From Macrostomum hystrix (Eukaryota; Animalia; Platyhelminthes): a stretch of DNA of 64,000 bases. The notes under the pieces are model-generated. The model was not told the DNA's origin. It did no database searches and saw nothing but the letters and a program-made list of their open reading frames with translations. Positions within the stretch are counted from its first letter, which is position 1, and each line of letters opens with the position of its first letter. The translations under genes were made by a program, and so were the position numbers. Location of the stretch: positions 7,812,001 through 7,876,000 of the forward strand of contig CATNEN010000025.1 of NCBI GenBank assembly GCA_950097015.1, in the 5' to 3' direction. This document shows, piece after piece, positions 1-28,362 of the stretch.

Positions 1-50
1 GGAATTCTTATCTCCAATCCTGGAATTCTTATCTCCAATCCTGGAATTCT
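1..50. repeat. 21-bp tandem repeat (GGAATTCTTATCTCCAATCCT), cut by the window edge
   Basis: GGAATTC recurs at 1, 22 and 43. Confidence 0.9.
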
Positions 51-595
51 CCGCCCAAAAGAAAGAAAGAGATCGAGTTGCATGTGTTACTTCATGTAAC
101 GAAGGAAAAATCGTAAAAATGTATAACCAATCAATTGAAAACTTTTTTACTGTCTTAGAAAAGCCATGAATTTCTCTAGCTAGGATCTAGATGATGTTCG
201 CTTCAGAAGTTCATGCAGAAAAAAAACATTTTAAAACGAAATCATGTCTGAGAAACTTGATTGCACAAATTTGCACTATACCGAACCCTGGATAAAAAAT
301 ACTGTACGTAGGCATAGTAAACGGCTGGATAACCAATAGTTCTTTAAAAATCATTTGTACTTTTTAAGACTAATTTAGCAGTAAAAATATGAGCGACGAG
401 CCAGGTAAGAAAAAGAATATAAAATTATGCACCTGAATTTTTCAATTTCTCATGGAAGCTCCGAACACGTTTGGCGAAAGTCTAAGATGATAGAATTTAG
501 ATGTGGTTGGCAAATTGGTTGCTTTATTGGTTGCGAGCGGCCCCTAATTGATTTAGTAAGTCGACTAATTGATTTACTAGTGCCGCTTAGCTTTA

Positions 596-770
596 CTTGT
601 GTCGCCTAATTGCCTTGGTGTGTCGCCTAATTGCTTTGGTGTGTCGCCTAATTGCTTTGGTGTGGCTCCTAATTGCCTTGGTGTGTCGCCTAATTGCCTT
701 GGTGTGTCGCCTAATTGCTTTAGTGTGGCGCCTATCTGCTTAGGTATGGCGCCTAATTGGCTACATGAAC
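596..770. repeat. 21-bp minisatellite (GTCGCCTAATTGCCTTGGTGT), about 8 copies
   Basis: Directly visible period of 21; it explains the spurious ORF 599..784 (SPNCLGV repeats). Confidence 0.9.
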
Positions 771-856
771 GCGTGTTTCACTAAACAGAAAAATTGCCGA
801 CTATGAGATCTGAATGCAAAGTTTCCAAAATAAGTTCTCCCAAAAAAGCCAGTAGA

Positions 857-2700
857 TCACACTCTGGGCGCGCTTCTGTCTTTTGTGATGTGGCCGACTT
901 TGCGTAGGCTGGCGCCTCTGCGAATGTCCGACAGGAGGGCGCCCCGACCGGCTGGAGCTGACGTCGGCGGAGGCGGCGGTGGAGGTGGTGGCGGAGGCGG
1001 CGGAGGCGGCGGAGGCGGCGGTGGAGGGGGCGGAGGCGGAGGCGGCGGAGGTTGCAGCTGCCGGGTTGGTGTTTCGTCGACGCGGGTCACGGCATGAGGT
1101 TCGGCCGGAGTGATTCGCTGAGACTGCGCAAACGAGGCCGTTGAAGCGCCGCGTCTGGGCAGTCGCTTTCTGACTCGTTTGATAAACGACGAAATCACGG
1201 CGGTGGAAGATGCCGCGTCAGCTGGTGGCGGCTGGGCCGTTATTGAGGCCGGAAATTCAACCAGACAGCCAGAGAAGAAGGCGTGATCGGCGATGGCGCC
1301 CAGCTCAGGCACGGAGCCGAACGGCAGTCGATCGAAGATGAAGTTCAGCAGGTCCAACAGCGGCTGGCATTTGCGGCCCTTGGCTGAGAGGATCTGAGAG
1401 TTGGACATGGGTTGCTGCGCTCGGACTTTGTGCATAGTCTACGACACACAACTGTCTACTGCCTACCAGACACTGCTGTCTACTGCCTACCAGACACTAC
1501 TGTCTACTGCCTACCAGACACTACTGTCTACTGTCTACAAGAGACAACTGTCTACTGCCTACCAGACACTACTGTCTACTGTCTACCAGAATATCTACTG
1601 CCTACCAGACACAACTTTCTACTGTCTACAAGGCAACCCACCTGAAACTCCACCGGCGTCGGCGCCATGCCGGCCAGCTCGAAGCCGGTGGCCATCTCGA
1701 ACAGCAGTTGGCCGAGGCCCAGTGAGTCTGCCAGGTGGCTTCGGCGGCCCCCGGCCGGAAGTAGGCGGCGCAGCTCCGGCCACCGTGGCGGCAGCTGGCC
1801 AGTCAGCAGGCTCTCCATACCGCCAAGTACGGCTCCGGAGTTGCCTAGCAACACGTTGCCAGCGTGTACAAAGCCGTGAGGCCGCAGTCCGGAGCTGTGC
1901 AAGTGAAGCAGGGCGCGGAGGACTCGAACGGACCAGGCGTGCAGCTTGCGCAACGGGACCGGGCGGCGACGGCGGGCTACCTTTGTCTGGTGCGGGTACA
2001 GCGGGTTCGTCTGCGGGCGAAGGTGGGGTGGGGCTTTTTCTCGAGGTGGTACAGTGGGTTCTTCTGTGGGCGGAGGTGGGGTGGGGCTCGGTCTGGAGAA
2101 GGTACAGCGGGTTCGTCTAGGCTCGTTCAGGTCCTCTAGGTAGACCCGACGTGTCGCGCCTTACCTGGCAGATGTAGTCGCGGATGCTGCCTTTCGGGCA
2201 GAAAGGCACAATGTGCAAAAATCGGGAGTGCTTCTCAATCAGGTCGAATTGTCCGAGCTGCAGGCATTCGTGCTGCAATGAAAGTTAATATTCCTGAATG
2301 GCTGAGAAGGCCAACAATTCTGAGACATAAAGGGTCATAAAGGGTAATTACTCGCAGTCCGTCGAGCCACTGTTTGACGCAGGCGAAGCTCCTCTGCTTG
2401 AGTGGCAGCGGGCAACCGGCTGGATCTGCTACATAGGGGCTGAGCAGCAGCAGGCAGAACCGGTCGCCGGTAGTGGAGGTCACGCTGAACCAGTTGCTGT
2501 TGCGTCTGGTTCCCAGCTGGCTGAGGTGGTCCTTCACGACCCACTGGCGCCTATTGCGCAGGTGGAACTGCAGCATTAGAAAAGCGGAGTGCCTAATCTG
2601 CTCGCTCTCCTCCTTGAGGCTGGCGCTCATTATCTCCAGGGTGCCGGAGGTGTTGACGCTGCTGGACCCGTTATCAAGCTGCGAGTAGCCGCGGCGATTG
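857..2700 (-). CDS. Slob: Slowpoke-binding protein (Slob)/PXK-like pseudokinase with polyproline run and C-terminal WH2 domain; multi-exon, 5' end incomplete
   Basis: Exons 2700-2352, 2272-2165, about 1986-1642 and about 1393-857 (TGA at 857-859); GT/AG phases are consistent, but the acceptors at 1986 and 1393 are approximate. Motifs: LGTRRNSNWF, VPFCPKGSIRDYI, HGFVHAGNVLL (no HRD/DFG, as in Slob/PXK), LGLGQLLFEMATG, LLDLLNFIF, 29 Pro codons at 965-1051, WH2 GRGALLSDIRRGASLRKV. A candidate first coding exon near 3960-4018 (MIDAYSVWMILFPVFRCR, phase 2) would join in frame but is low confidence. Confidence 0.75.
1440..1630. repeat. 24-bp intronic minisatellite (CTGTCTACTGCCTACCAGACACTA), about 8 copies
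   Basis: Visible period of 24 inside the last intron of the Slob-like gene. Confidence 0.9.
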
Positions 2701-4324
2701 CTGCGCGAGCGGAGGCGGTGAGTGTCGGGAGGTTGGCGGGGGTGACAGCTCAGGTGACAAGTGAGAATCAGATAATTGTCAAACAAATCAAGTTAATAAC
2801 CTAAAATACTAAAATCTAACGCTTTTGAGAACTGTCACTTTATCGTAACAATAAAAGCATTAAGACATACCTATTCAATATGTACTTCTGGCATATAAGA
2901 CAGATAATCAGACAGACGAGTAGAAAAGCAAGTCCACCACCAATTAGTGAAGCCTGTAAATAAATAGGAAAAATATGACTCATAAACATGACTCAGACAT
3001 GTGTTTTATGTTTTCTAGTTTTTTAGGTAAAAATATACAGACACGTACAGACAAATATAGGAATATACAGGTACATATATGGTATTTTAGCAAAAAAAGA
3101 AACACATTTTGGAGATCAAGGAAATGGAGGTTACTTAAACTACAGAATACTGTAGACTTCTGCTCATTACTTTAGAATAAGCATTATGATAATTTCCACT
3201 AAAATAAAAATATTGTTTTAACAATAACTCGCACAATGTGGTTCAGATGACATACTTTTATTTCATTTCCATTATAAAATATTTTTAGAACTCAGATCTT
3301 AAACACGATTAATAGTTCATAAATTTTTGCATTGATCTTTATTTGTAGAGGCTATTTGTCTGTTTTCCAGAAAAGCAAGGCAACATCTAAGTATGAAATA
3401 ATCTAATTTCTGCAACATTGATTATTCACAGTACGTCAGTACCTGTACCACTTACCCAGAATACCGGGTTAGACGCCAATCCCACGGTCAGTACAGACAT
3501 AGTTCACTTTAGCGGATAACTTTTGTGCATACTTATGAATACAAGTAATGATTAAAAGCGTTAAAATACACTTCTGTCATACTGAACATAATTTAAAATT
3601 GAAATGTATTCGTCAGGCATATTAAACTAACTTTTCTAAGTAAGTTGAAAGTTGCAGTTAAAGCCTATTTAATTTGGACTCTGTTTATTAAAAAAACGTT
3701 GATATATTTTATATAAGTTTTAATAAAAAAACACAAATGTTTTTTTTTCTTTGCTAAGAAAGCAAAAATAATGTGATATATTTGTTTAACTTTGTATACG
3801 TTTGCGTGGAATTCCGTGACTAATTTCTACAATTATAAAAAATTTTTATTTTTATTATTACTTTTTTTTACAGACGAGTATCTCTTGATATCATCAACCG
3901 TTTTTTGCAATATCCATGCGTAAATATTTTTTGCTTTGTTAATCCCACGGGTGTTACACGGACGGCAACGGAAGACAGGAAAAAGAATCATCCATACACT
4001 GTACGCGTCTATCATCTGCATGTAGATGTGGTCCTATGTTAAAATAATCATTCGTTGTAAAACTAGTAATGCTTATTGTTATTTCACTGTATAATTTTTT
4101 TATTAGGCTCTTGAGATTTACTTGATGATTACTTAGGTTTGTCCATGGACGCAGGTAATCGCAGGATGCTGGCACGAATGACTCTCCAGAAGTGCAGTGT
4201 GGCCGAAAGGTGGGAAGGCAGTGCCATCTGGGAAGGCAATGCCATCTGACCTTCTTCTGTGAGTTAAGAATTGTCATATTTTTTAACATGTGCAGGGTCT
4301 CTTAAGGCAAAGGAAAACATATTA

Positions 4325-5594
4325 AGGGTGAGCCAAAAGTTTCCGGAATTTTTTCAGCTAGATCTTCGTACAACTTTTGTTTATGGTAAATCTCAAAAGT
4401 GGCAGTCATCCACTAGCATACTTGCATGCATGCTTCTATCTCTTTTACTCAGAATCAGCGCATCTCTTCAGCTCTTTTTGAATAGCCGCTATAGTAATAA
4501 TAATGGACATGCCTAAAAACGAATGGCGAGCAATTCTGCTCAACCACTTTCACGCTGGAAGAAATGCAGCCGAGGCACATCGCGAGCTATCAAGTCTGAT
4601 GGGTCATCATGCACCCTCTAAGTCTACGGTGTACGAATGGTTCGCTCGCTTTGTAGAGGAGGACTGGAACCTGTCCGACAAACCAAGGTCAGGTCGACCC
4701 CCCACTGCCGATCAAGGTGCCATTCTCCATGCCCTAGAGGACCACCCGGAGTACAGTGTGCGCAAGTTGTCGGCCACAACTGGAGTGCCCTACAGCACAG
4801 TTCGACGGAGCCTGCATGATGCAGGCAAGGTTCCGAAGAAGCCGACTCTGGTACCCCACAAGCTGACCCCCCAGCAAATAGGCACTCGGGTCGAGATGGC
4901 AACTTCGAACCTCCTCCAGGCCCACTCGCCATATTTCCTAAAGTCCATCATTGCGCAGGATGAGAAGTGGGTCTCATATGAAAATCCTATCGCATCGGCG
5001 GTCTGGGTGAATGCTGATGAAGAGCCACCAATCTGCTCCAGGCAAGACCCCCACTGTGGCAAGGAGCTCTTGTCCTTCTGGTTCTGCTCATCGGGGCCCA
5101 TCTTCTGGGAGCTCATCCCGCATGGTGTGGCTGTCACTGCTGCTGTCATCTGCGAAGAACTGAGCAAGTTGCCCACCGGCTGCAATCCGTGTGCCCAGGG
5201 CACCGGGACAAAGTTCTTCTGTTTGACAATGCCCGACCACACAAGGCTAGAATCACCAAAGCCAAACTCGCGAGCTTCGGCTTCAGCGTTTTGCCTCACC
5301 CACCTTACTCGCCGGACCTCTCGCCATGTGACTACCATGTGTTCAGATCCCTCCAGAACTTCTGTGATGGTCGGTGGTTTGCAAACAAGCAGCATGTGGA
5401 GTTAGCAGTGCAGGAATGGATCGACTCTAGGCCAAGGAGCTTCTGGATGGAGGGGATTGAGGCACTGCCTATGAGATGGGAGAGAGTCAAGGTCTTGAAT
5501 GGCAACTATGTTACATCGATTTAATCTGTTGACTTTGAATGCGAAAGTTGACTATGTTGATGCAATAAAATTCCGGAAACTTTTGGCTCACCCT
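4325..5594 (+). mobile_element. Full-length mariner (Tc1/mariner, D,D34D) DNA transposon, 1270 bp
   Basis: Perfect 28-bp TIR AGGGTGAGCCAAAAGTTTCCGGAATTTT (4325-4352) and its reverse complement (5567-5594); TA target duplications at 4323-4324 and 5595-5596; internal transposase; AATAAA overlapping the right TIR. Confidence 0.97.
4503..5524 (+). pseudogene. Mariner transposase with a single 1-nt frameshift near 5170 (340 aa if repaired)
   Basis: HTH region (VYEWFARF, PRSGRP), LVPHKL (WVPHEL motif), AQDEKW, then in the other frame LLFDNARPH and HPPYSPDLSPCDY, with 34 residues between the 2nd and 3rd catalytic Asp. ORFs 4503..5405 and 5189..5524 join if one base is restored at TTGCCCAC (about 5169-5176). 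Confidence 0.93.
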
Positions 5595-6567
5595 TATAAT
5601 AATGCAAATAAAGTTTTTTGAAGAATGCAACAAACAATATTTTACAGACATCTAATCCAATCAATGAAAGTAAATAATTGCATCGATTTGGAAAACCAAG
5701 ACAAAACCTTAAAAAACTTATTTAAATTTTCTTGAAGCAAGGAACACAAACTATAAAGCAATGAATCCAATCATGAATTATTTTTAATTGTCATGTCAAA
5801 TATCCGTCAGCTCGGTAGGCCGCGGTGAACGCTTAAAATCCACAAAATGTGCTTTCGGCTATCTATGGAGCGTTCCTTTGGAAGCATTGTGTAGAAATTT
5901 CCAGGATTATCGGCCGCTGTAGAACACATCTTGATGTGCCAAATTCACACCTTGGTGTAACCTATATATGGACCCAAAGTATATTATATCTCTATACATA
6001 TCTCGACCATAGAGATCATATTTTTAATCTCTGGACTAAAGTAATAAAAACGGAAAAGATCGCTAACAAACTAATATTATTTTGTCGAACGTTTATTTGA
6101 TCAAAGATAATGAAATGAAAAAATGTCACTCCTGATAACCTTTAGTGAGTGACACGAGTGAAAACTTGCTGCAATTCTTTAGACGAGAACTGATCGAATC
6201 GAAATAGAACTGCCCGACCAACTCTGATGCAGAGAGTACAGGTGAACAATGTCTTCTAGGTCTAGTCTTTCCGGATGCACCGCTTAAAACGACTCGAAAC
6301 GGATACTTTTATCTATCGAATGAAATTCGAACTGCGACCAGAGTTGCTTTAAGGCAGCACTTCACATGCTATTCAACAAAAACCAGAGCCTCTTTAAATT
6401 CAGTTAATAAAGAAAACAAAAAATTGAACGAGGCAGAACAAAACGGCTGAGCAGAAACGAAAACAAATTGAGAGCGCAAGGGAGAGTGATTGGGCGGGTG
6501 GAGATGCGTGGCTGAGCAGTCAAAGTTGAGCACGAATATTAAAGCACCCTTTTAATATTTTCTACTG

Positions 6568-6850
6568 CATGGCTCGGAAACCTTACATACCTCGCCGGCC
6601 AAAGAGGGAATCCAAAAGACGACAGCGGGCCGCGTTGGCTGTAGGAGATTAGGAGATGAGAGACAGGAAAGAGGTGAGACAGGGGAGATGAGACAGGTGA
6701 GAGGTGAGACACGGGAGATGAAAAAGGTGAGAGGTGAGACATGGGAAGATGACAAAGGGGCCAAATGAGTCACGGGAGGTGAGACAGGTGAGAGGTGAGA
6801 CGGGAGAGTCGGTGTTGGTTGTGGCCCCGGGTGGCGGATTTTTGAGTAGT
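6568..6850. mobile_element. Degenerate relative of the hAT-type MITE at 60661-61374
   Basis: Starts CATGGCTCGGAAACCTT (cf. CAGGGGTCGGCAAACTT), shares AAAAGAC-ACAGCGGGCCGCG and the same purine-rich GAGATGAGACA(C)GG interior. The right TIR and TSD are not recognisable. Confidence 0.5.
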
Positions 6851-7669
6851 TGACAAAAACAGATATAAACGACCGGTTTCAGCTGAAATATTCAAATTAT
6901 TCGAAACTGCTCAAACCTGTACACCTAGGGATTGGGATCTGGGAAGGGGAAAAATGCAAGCACAGCGCTTTTCCCCGCACAAAGAGCAAGCAACGCAGAC
7001 AGATGGTCAGTAAAAGAAGTCGAGAGAAGCAATAATAATAAAATAATAACATAAATGCAGCCCCATGGGATTAGCCGCTACAATTGGGTGGCTGGGATAG
7101 CATGCATCCAACTGAACGAGTGCACAAAAATAGAAGCTATTTTATATATACTATATAAACAAATAATAGCTTTATAAACAAAAAAAAATTATATGCATAT
7201 ATAGTTCAGCTGCTAAAGTAGAAATTATACAAGGGGCTGACGGTTATCCAAATAGGAATTTCGGGAGTAGGAGCTGCACTTTTTTACAAAAAGGCGACAC
7301 AGAACTTGGGAGTACCATGTGCTCTTAACAGTTTAGCAGCCGTCAATCAGTTCAATCGATTGGGCACAATGCGAAACATTTTTTTCCTTTTTAAGACCGT
7401 TCTTATAAATATACATAGGCGAAAAAATGTTTAGTACTTACTACTATTGCTTTTTTAGCAGTAGTATTTACAATAGCATTTTTTTACACCGAAATCAGTC
7501 TGCAAAGAGCAAGTAAAAATCTAAATTAGGAAAAAAATCATACATCTTAGCATGTTGTCTATCGGAAAAGCTGTATAAAAGCATGAATTATTTGTACAAG
7601 CAATTAGCAATCATCTCACTTATAAGCATACACGCAAGAAGGATTTAATTTATTGTTGATTTGATAAAT

Positions 7670-7803
7670 ATTTTACCATAGACAACCAAATAGTTGGTGC
7701 TGTCACAGCTTTTACCATAGACAACCAAATAGTTGGTGCTGCCACAGCTTTTACCATAGACAACCAAATAGTTGGTGCTGTCATAGCTCTTACCATAGAC
7801 AAC
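7670..7803. repeat. 39-bp tandem repeat, about 3.4 copies
   Basis: TTTACCATAGACAACCAAATAGTTGGTGCTG recurs with period 39. Confidence 0.9.
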
Positions 7804-8717
7804 AAGCTTACATAACTGCATGCATTTTTCCCATCTTGGCGCTCGCCCAAGACTTGCTCACGACTTAACTAGAGTGAAAACTTATTTATTAGGCACATTT
7901 GGAACGCCTATGTAAATTTACACCAAGGCTAACTGGGTTTGAGAGTTTTTGTGTTTTTTCTGCGGCTGCCAGTGATGCTAGTAAAGTGGCATTAAATAGA
8001 AACTAAATTATTAGAAAATATAGTCACATCGACAAAAGAAAAAACAAAATGTAACAAAATATGGTAAGATTTTTTCCACACAACACAAAACTAGCGATGA
8101 AACTGAGCGAGCACCTTGGGCAGTTAGTTTGATAGTGTGCGTTTGGGTAAAGACAAGATGATAGCATGAGTAGCGAAAGAATTGCTTATGATTGTTACAT
8201 TGTTATAGAAACATGTATAAACATACAGCATTAATTACACGAGAGGTGCAGAGAAGGATAATCAAATATGAAAATTTAAGTTGTAGCTTTTTCAACTTAT
8301 TGCACTAGTAGGAGAAAAATATGTAAGCAACAACATAATGGAAAGGCGAAGGGCTTAGGTTACTCGCTCTCACTCTTTGAAAAAGCAGAACACTACTAGT
8401 ACAGACCATAGAAGGTGACAATAAACATAAACACGCCGGCAATGAATAAATGAGTTGGGTTACAAGAGTAAGGAGTTAGCTAGGTGAAGTATGAAGTGAT
8501 GTCGATGACAAAGCATTCAAGCTGTTTGAAAAAATACACTTTCTTCACTTCCTATTAAAGAGATTTTTACACATTGAGAGACAGATCTAGTAGAGAATAT
8601 ATGCAGAAACAGTTGCAGGTCAAAGCTGAAGTTCGAGCTTCCTTAAAGCTATTTTAAACTAGCCAATCAAATTGATCAAGTCCATTTAAGCTGATTGGGT
8701 GGGGAGTCAATCCAAGG

Positions 8718-24271
<15,554 letters not shown>

Positions 24272-24359
24272 GATGAAAATCCTGCCTTGCAGAAGCGAGA
24301 TGTCGACATGGAGTTTGCTATTATATTTTCATTCATTCAGTTTGAATTGGGCAGGACCT

Positions 24360-24420
24360 GAGCAGGACCAATTGGCTATGGGGGAGGGAGGGGAGGGACC
24401 GACCGCCCTCCGGCCAACCC
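24360..24420 (-). promoter_or_regulatory. Putative RTK core promoter (CCAATTGG palindrome plus GC-rich tract)
   Basis: CCAATTGG at 24368-24375 and a GGGGAGGGAGGGGAGGG tract about 100-130 bp upstream of the ATG at 24271. Position and motif only. Confidence 0.3.
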
Positions 24421-27400
24421 TAACGCGAAAATGCGTTTAGGCCCCAGTGAAAAAAATCGATAAAGTTGGGGTGGTTGGCCGTAGAGGGAAGGGCCCCGCG
24501 GCACATTTCTCCTGTATTAAACTTCGAGGCAAAATTCCAGTTCCAATTTGTCCTTTTTTAAAGTCTTACATGAGCTACGCCTTCAATTAGAGTTAGAGCC
24601 ACCTACTCTTCACTGTTAGTTAGAGTTTATATTAGCTGTCTAATGAGTGTCCAGCGGAGTGTCCAGTAATTAAATTCAGCCCGAATGAATTCTAAACTTT
24701 ATAATGGAATAAAAAAATAACAGCTTCACTCAAATACATACTGATAATATACAATAAATACAATACTGAAGGCAGAGCCTTCACGTTCCTTGCATGTTGC
24801 ATCTTTGATTTAACTGTAGAACTACCAATCCCCCCTGACAATTTTTTTGCTGCACCCGAACGGAACAATGCAAGCACACGAAACTCAAGAACACGGGCCA
24901 AGTTTTTGTTGCGCATCTTCTGAAACAATAATCAAGTCGCTAGCTCCTTAGACCGTCGAGATATTCAATGTTTCTGGCCGAAGGTCTGATTTTTCCCATA
25001 AGCGTTATTGTATTTCATACACACCTATTCACGAATTAGCACTGCGCCTCAGTGCGGCCTTGCCAGACCTTCAAAATTATCAGCGTGTCACCCGAATGTG
25101 CCTGCATCATCTCCGTCTTCTTGGTCTAGACACGAAGACACCTTTATCTAGACGGACTGCTGGACCTTCAAGGGCTGCAACAGGTGGAACTAGGCCACTA
25201 TGGACACCCGTGAATTTCTCCAATTTCACTGATCAAGCCTAAACATTAGGCGCAGCTCAACCACAGTACCACAGTACACCATCGTCTAGTCTGTCAATCA
25301 ATCAGTCACCACCCAACGCTGTTAGCATTCAGGCGCTGGCTAAAAAGTTTCTGGGGGCCCTTGGTATAAAAACGGGCGGCAAAATGGCTTGGTAGTCCTA
25401 CTGTTAAATTACAAGACAAAAAACAGCTTTGAAGGCAAGTTAGCAACCAAAGCTCAAGTCATGGAACTAAAATATACAGCTTCACAGCCACTGCGCCATT
25501 GTATGAAATTGAGCCTAGGATTTTACCCAAGAAACTTCTTCGCACAGACGGAAAGTGCAGTTCAGTGCGATTGTAGTGCAGTATATTATAGTCAACTTGC
25601 TGCTTTAAAATTTAACAACTGCTGAAGAAATAAAGGAAAATATACCTAGACTCTTAAAATAAGACTGATGATTTATAACCAAGTCAAATTACCGCGCTAC
25701 TCACTTGAAGCAGTATGTTGGCAGTTCAGATACGGACTACCGCAAGATGATGATAATGATTTATTTGCCATGAGTCCGTGACAGATAACAGATACCTGAC
25801 TGGCCTCTATTAACATTAATTATGTTTTACCATTAAGGTGTGCTAAGGTGTAAAAAACATGTGTTAAATTAAGGGTGAGGCAGTTTAATTTTATGCAATT
25901 AAAACATCAGACCAACACGTAGCACTATCGATAAAATGGCTAAGTTGATTAGTGCTTCAAAGTCGCCGACAAGACCTTGAAGCGCCATTTATTTAAGTTT
26001 TGTGTGAATTACAGGTTAATTAGCTTGGCTCAACTTTTCACATTCAAACGAAGACCCCAAATTACTGCCGTTAGCTAAACCGCTACAACTCTCACTCAAT
26101 AAGAGTGCAAAAACTGTTGCATGATAAATGAAGAAAAGTTAAAAAATTGTGAAATGTTAAATCATTATAGATTAAGCACTATTAACACGGAACAATTGCT
26201 GGAAACAGTCTGCTTGTGAATTTTGAGTCAACTGTGACTGCTCATAACTTCCTGCTCATAATTGCATTCACCAAATTCCTTGTTCGTAATTTCATGTTCA
26301 CAATCGTCTAGCCACAATGGCCACATGTAATGCACGTTGTTGTATATAGGGTAAATTACCTGCAGGTGTTAAAAATAAGAAAAAAAATTAAATCGATACA
26401 AAAAGTCAGCATCTCATGAGCGCCTCTGAGTTAATAACAAATCTCCAAGCATTAAAACAAACAAATACATGCAGCATAATTAAAGAAATATTTGGTACAG
26501 TTTTTCTATTATATTTTTTAATTAATTTTAAACCAAATTATAAAGTCCGTTTTAAGACAAACGTCTTTGGAATCGAGAAAAGAAAAACGATTTGATGCAA
26601 ATTTATTTTTAGTGAGTCTAAAAATAACATTAATTCGAGCATTAGTACTGTTTAGCTTTTGTTGGCCAATTGACAAACAAAATTGAGCGTACAGGTACAT
26701 TGAAGAATAACAGGCTAAGCTCAGAAAAATAAGCTACAGTGTTGTTCGATCTTGCTTTAGATGCTTGAAACAGGAAAAGTTAAGGATCTGATAAAATATC
26801 TGCTCGAACTTAGGACTTTAGTTTAGCACAAGTTAAGCAATTACCATCTACGCGTGTCTTGTCCAGGTAGTACTGGCAGATAAAATTACAAAGTCCTAAA
26901 CATAGAAAGTTAGAATATTAAGATAATTGAGAATTTTTTGGTTTAAGAGGCTTAAAAATCATAGAATTGGATTTTTAGAAAGTCGGAAAAACAAGTTAAA
27001 AACACGTGCAAAAATTAGATACAAAAACAGCATTATTTCTTGTAGGTTAGGTGAGTTTTCTTTTAAACAAAAATGCACAAAATGATTTACTAAATATTTT
27101 AAGGGTTTCAATAAACAAGTCGATTTTCAGATAGCTGTTAACGGGGGAAAATTACAAAAGTTGATCATTCACAAAACATTTAGAAGTGAAAAAAGTAAAA
27201 TAGCAGTTGCGCACAAACCTAGCAAGATCGCTATTATATAGACAAAGAATACAATCACACAGTTAATCAGCAAGACACTTCGTGACAATAATATTGTTTC
27301 TGTAATTCTGTAAAAAATAAAGCACGCAGAATAAGCAGTTTAATAATACGATTACTACTGGCGTTTATAATGTGCTAAGCAAAATACAGGCCTCCTTAAT

Positions 27401-27779
27401 CAATACACCCACTGTGTACTGTGTATTTACAGAAACATTAATCTAAGCTAATCAATGTGGTCAGAGACAAGCGGATAACAAAACAATTAAGAAGCTGTCC
27501 ATTGCGATGAACTATATGCAGAAGCACCATTCGAAATTGACAAAAAACGACACTTTGCTCATACCATGAATTACCTAGCTAGAGATCCATGTAGAAGGGA
27601 GGGTGAGAAATAGGAACAGTGAACCGACCTCCTGTCCCAAAAGCAGTCAGTTTAATGTTATCTGCCTATAAATATTATTGATATAATCTCAAATATCAAA
27701 AGGCTAGTTTAGAACCTATTTGTCGAAATTCGATGCTTAAAGGAACATAAGAATAGAAAGTTGGCCAAAACCCTGACCG

Positions 27780-27803
27780 ACAGGACACCAAACAGAGACA
27801 GAT

Positions 27804-27834
<31 letters not shown>

Positions 27835-28362
27835 AAGTCAGAGACAGACAACCAGACAGATAAGCAGTAACACAGAACAGACAGACAGACAGACGCACAA
27901 GCAGTAACACAGAACAGACAGACAGATGCACAAGCAGTAACACAGAACAGACAGACAGACAGACGCACAGAACAGACAGACAGACAGACGCACAGAACAG
28001 ACAGACAGACAGACGCACAGAACAGACAGGCAGGCAGGCAGTCAGACAGACAAACAGTAACACAGAACAGACAGACAGATGCACAAGCAGTAACACAGAA
28101 CAGACAGACAGACAGATGCACAAGCAGTAACACAGAACAGACAGACAGACAGACGCACAAGCAGTGACACAGAACAGACAGACAGACAGACGCACAAGCA
28201 GTAACACAGAACAGACAGACAGACAGACGCACAAGCAGTAACACAGAACAGACAGACAGACAGACGCACAGAACAGACAGGCAGGCAGGCAGTCAGACAG
28301 ACAAACAGTAACACAGAACAGACAGGCAGACAGGCAGGCAGGCAGACAGTCAAAACAGACAG
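27780..28362. repeat. Compound (CAGA)n-based repeat with CACAAGCAGTAACACAGAA blocks
   Basis: Visible microsatellite-derived repeat; it explains the hydrophobic CVCLSV ORFs 27696-28461. Confidence 0.9.

Noticed and set aside
3455-3503. ATG-initiated mini-exon MSVLTVGLASNPVFW with a GTAAGT donor upstream of the Slob-like gene
   Set aside because: Ends in phase 0 while the acceptor at 2700 needs phase 2; no bridging exon found. It could be a uORF or UTR exon, but is unsupported.
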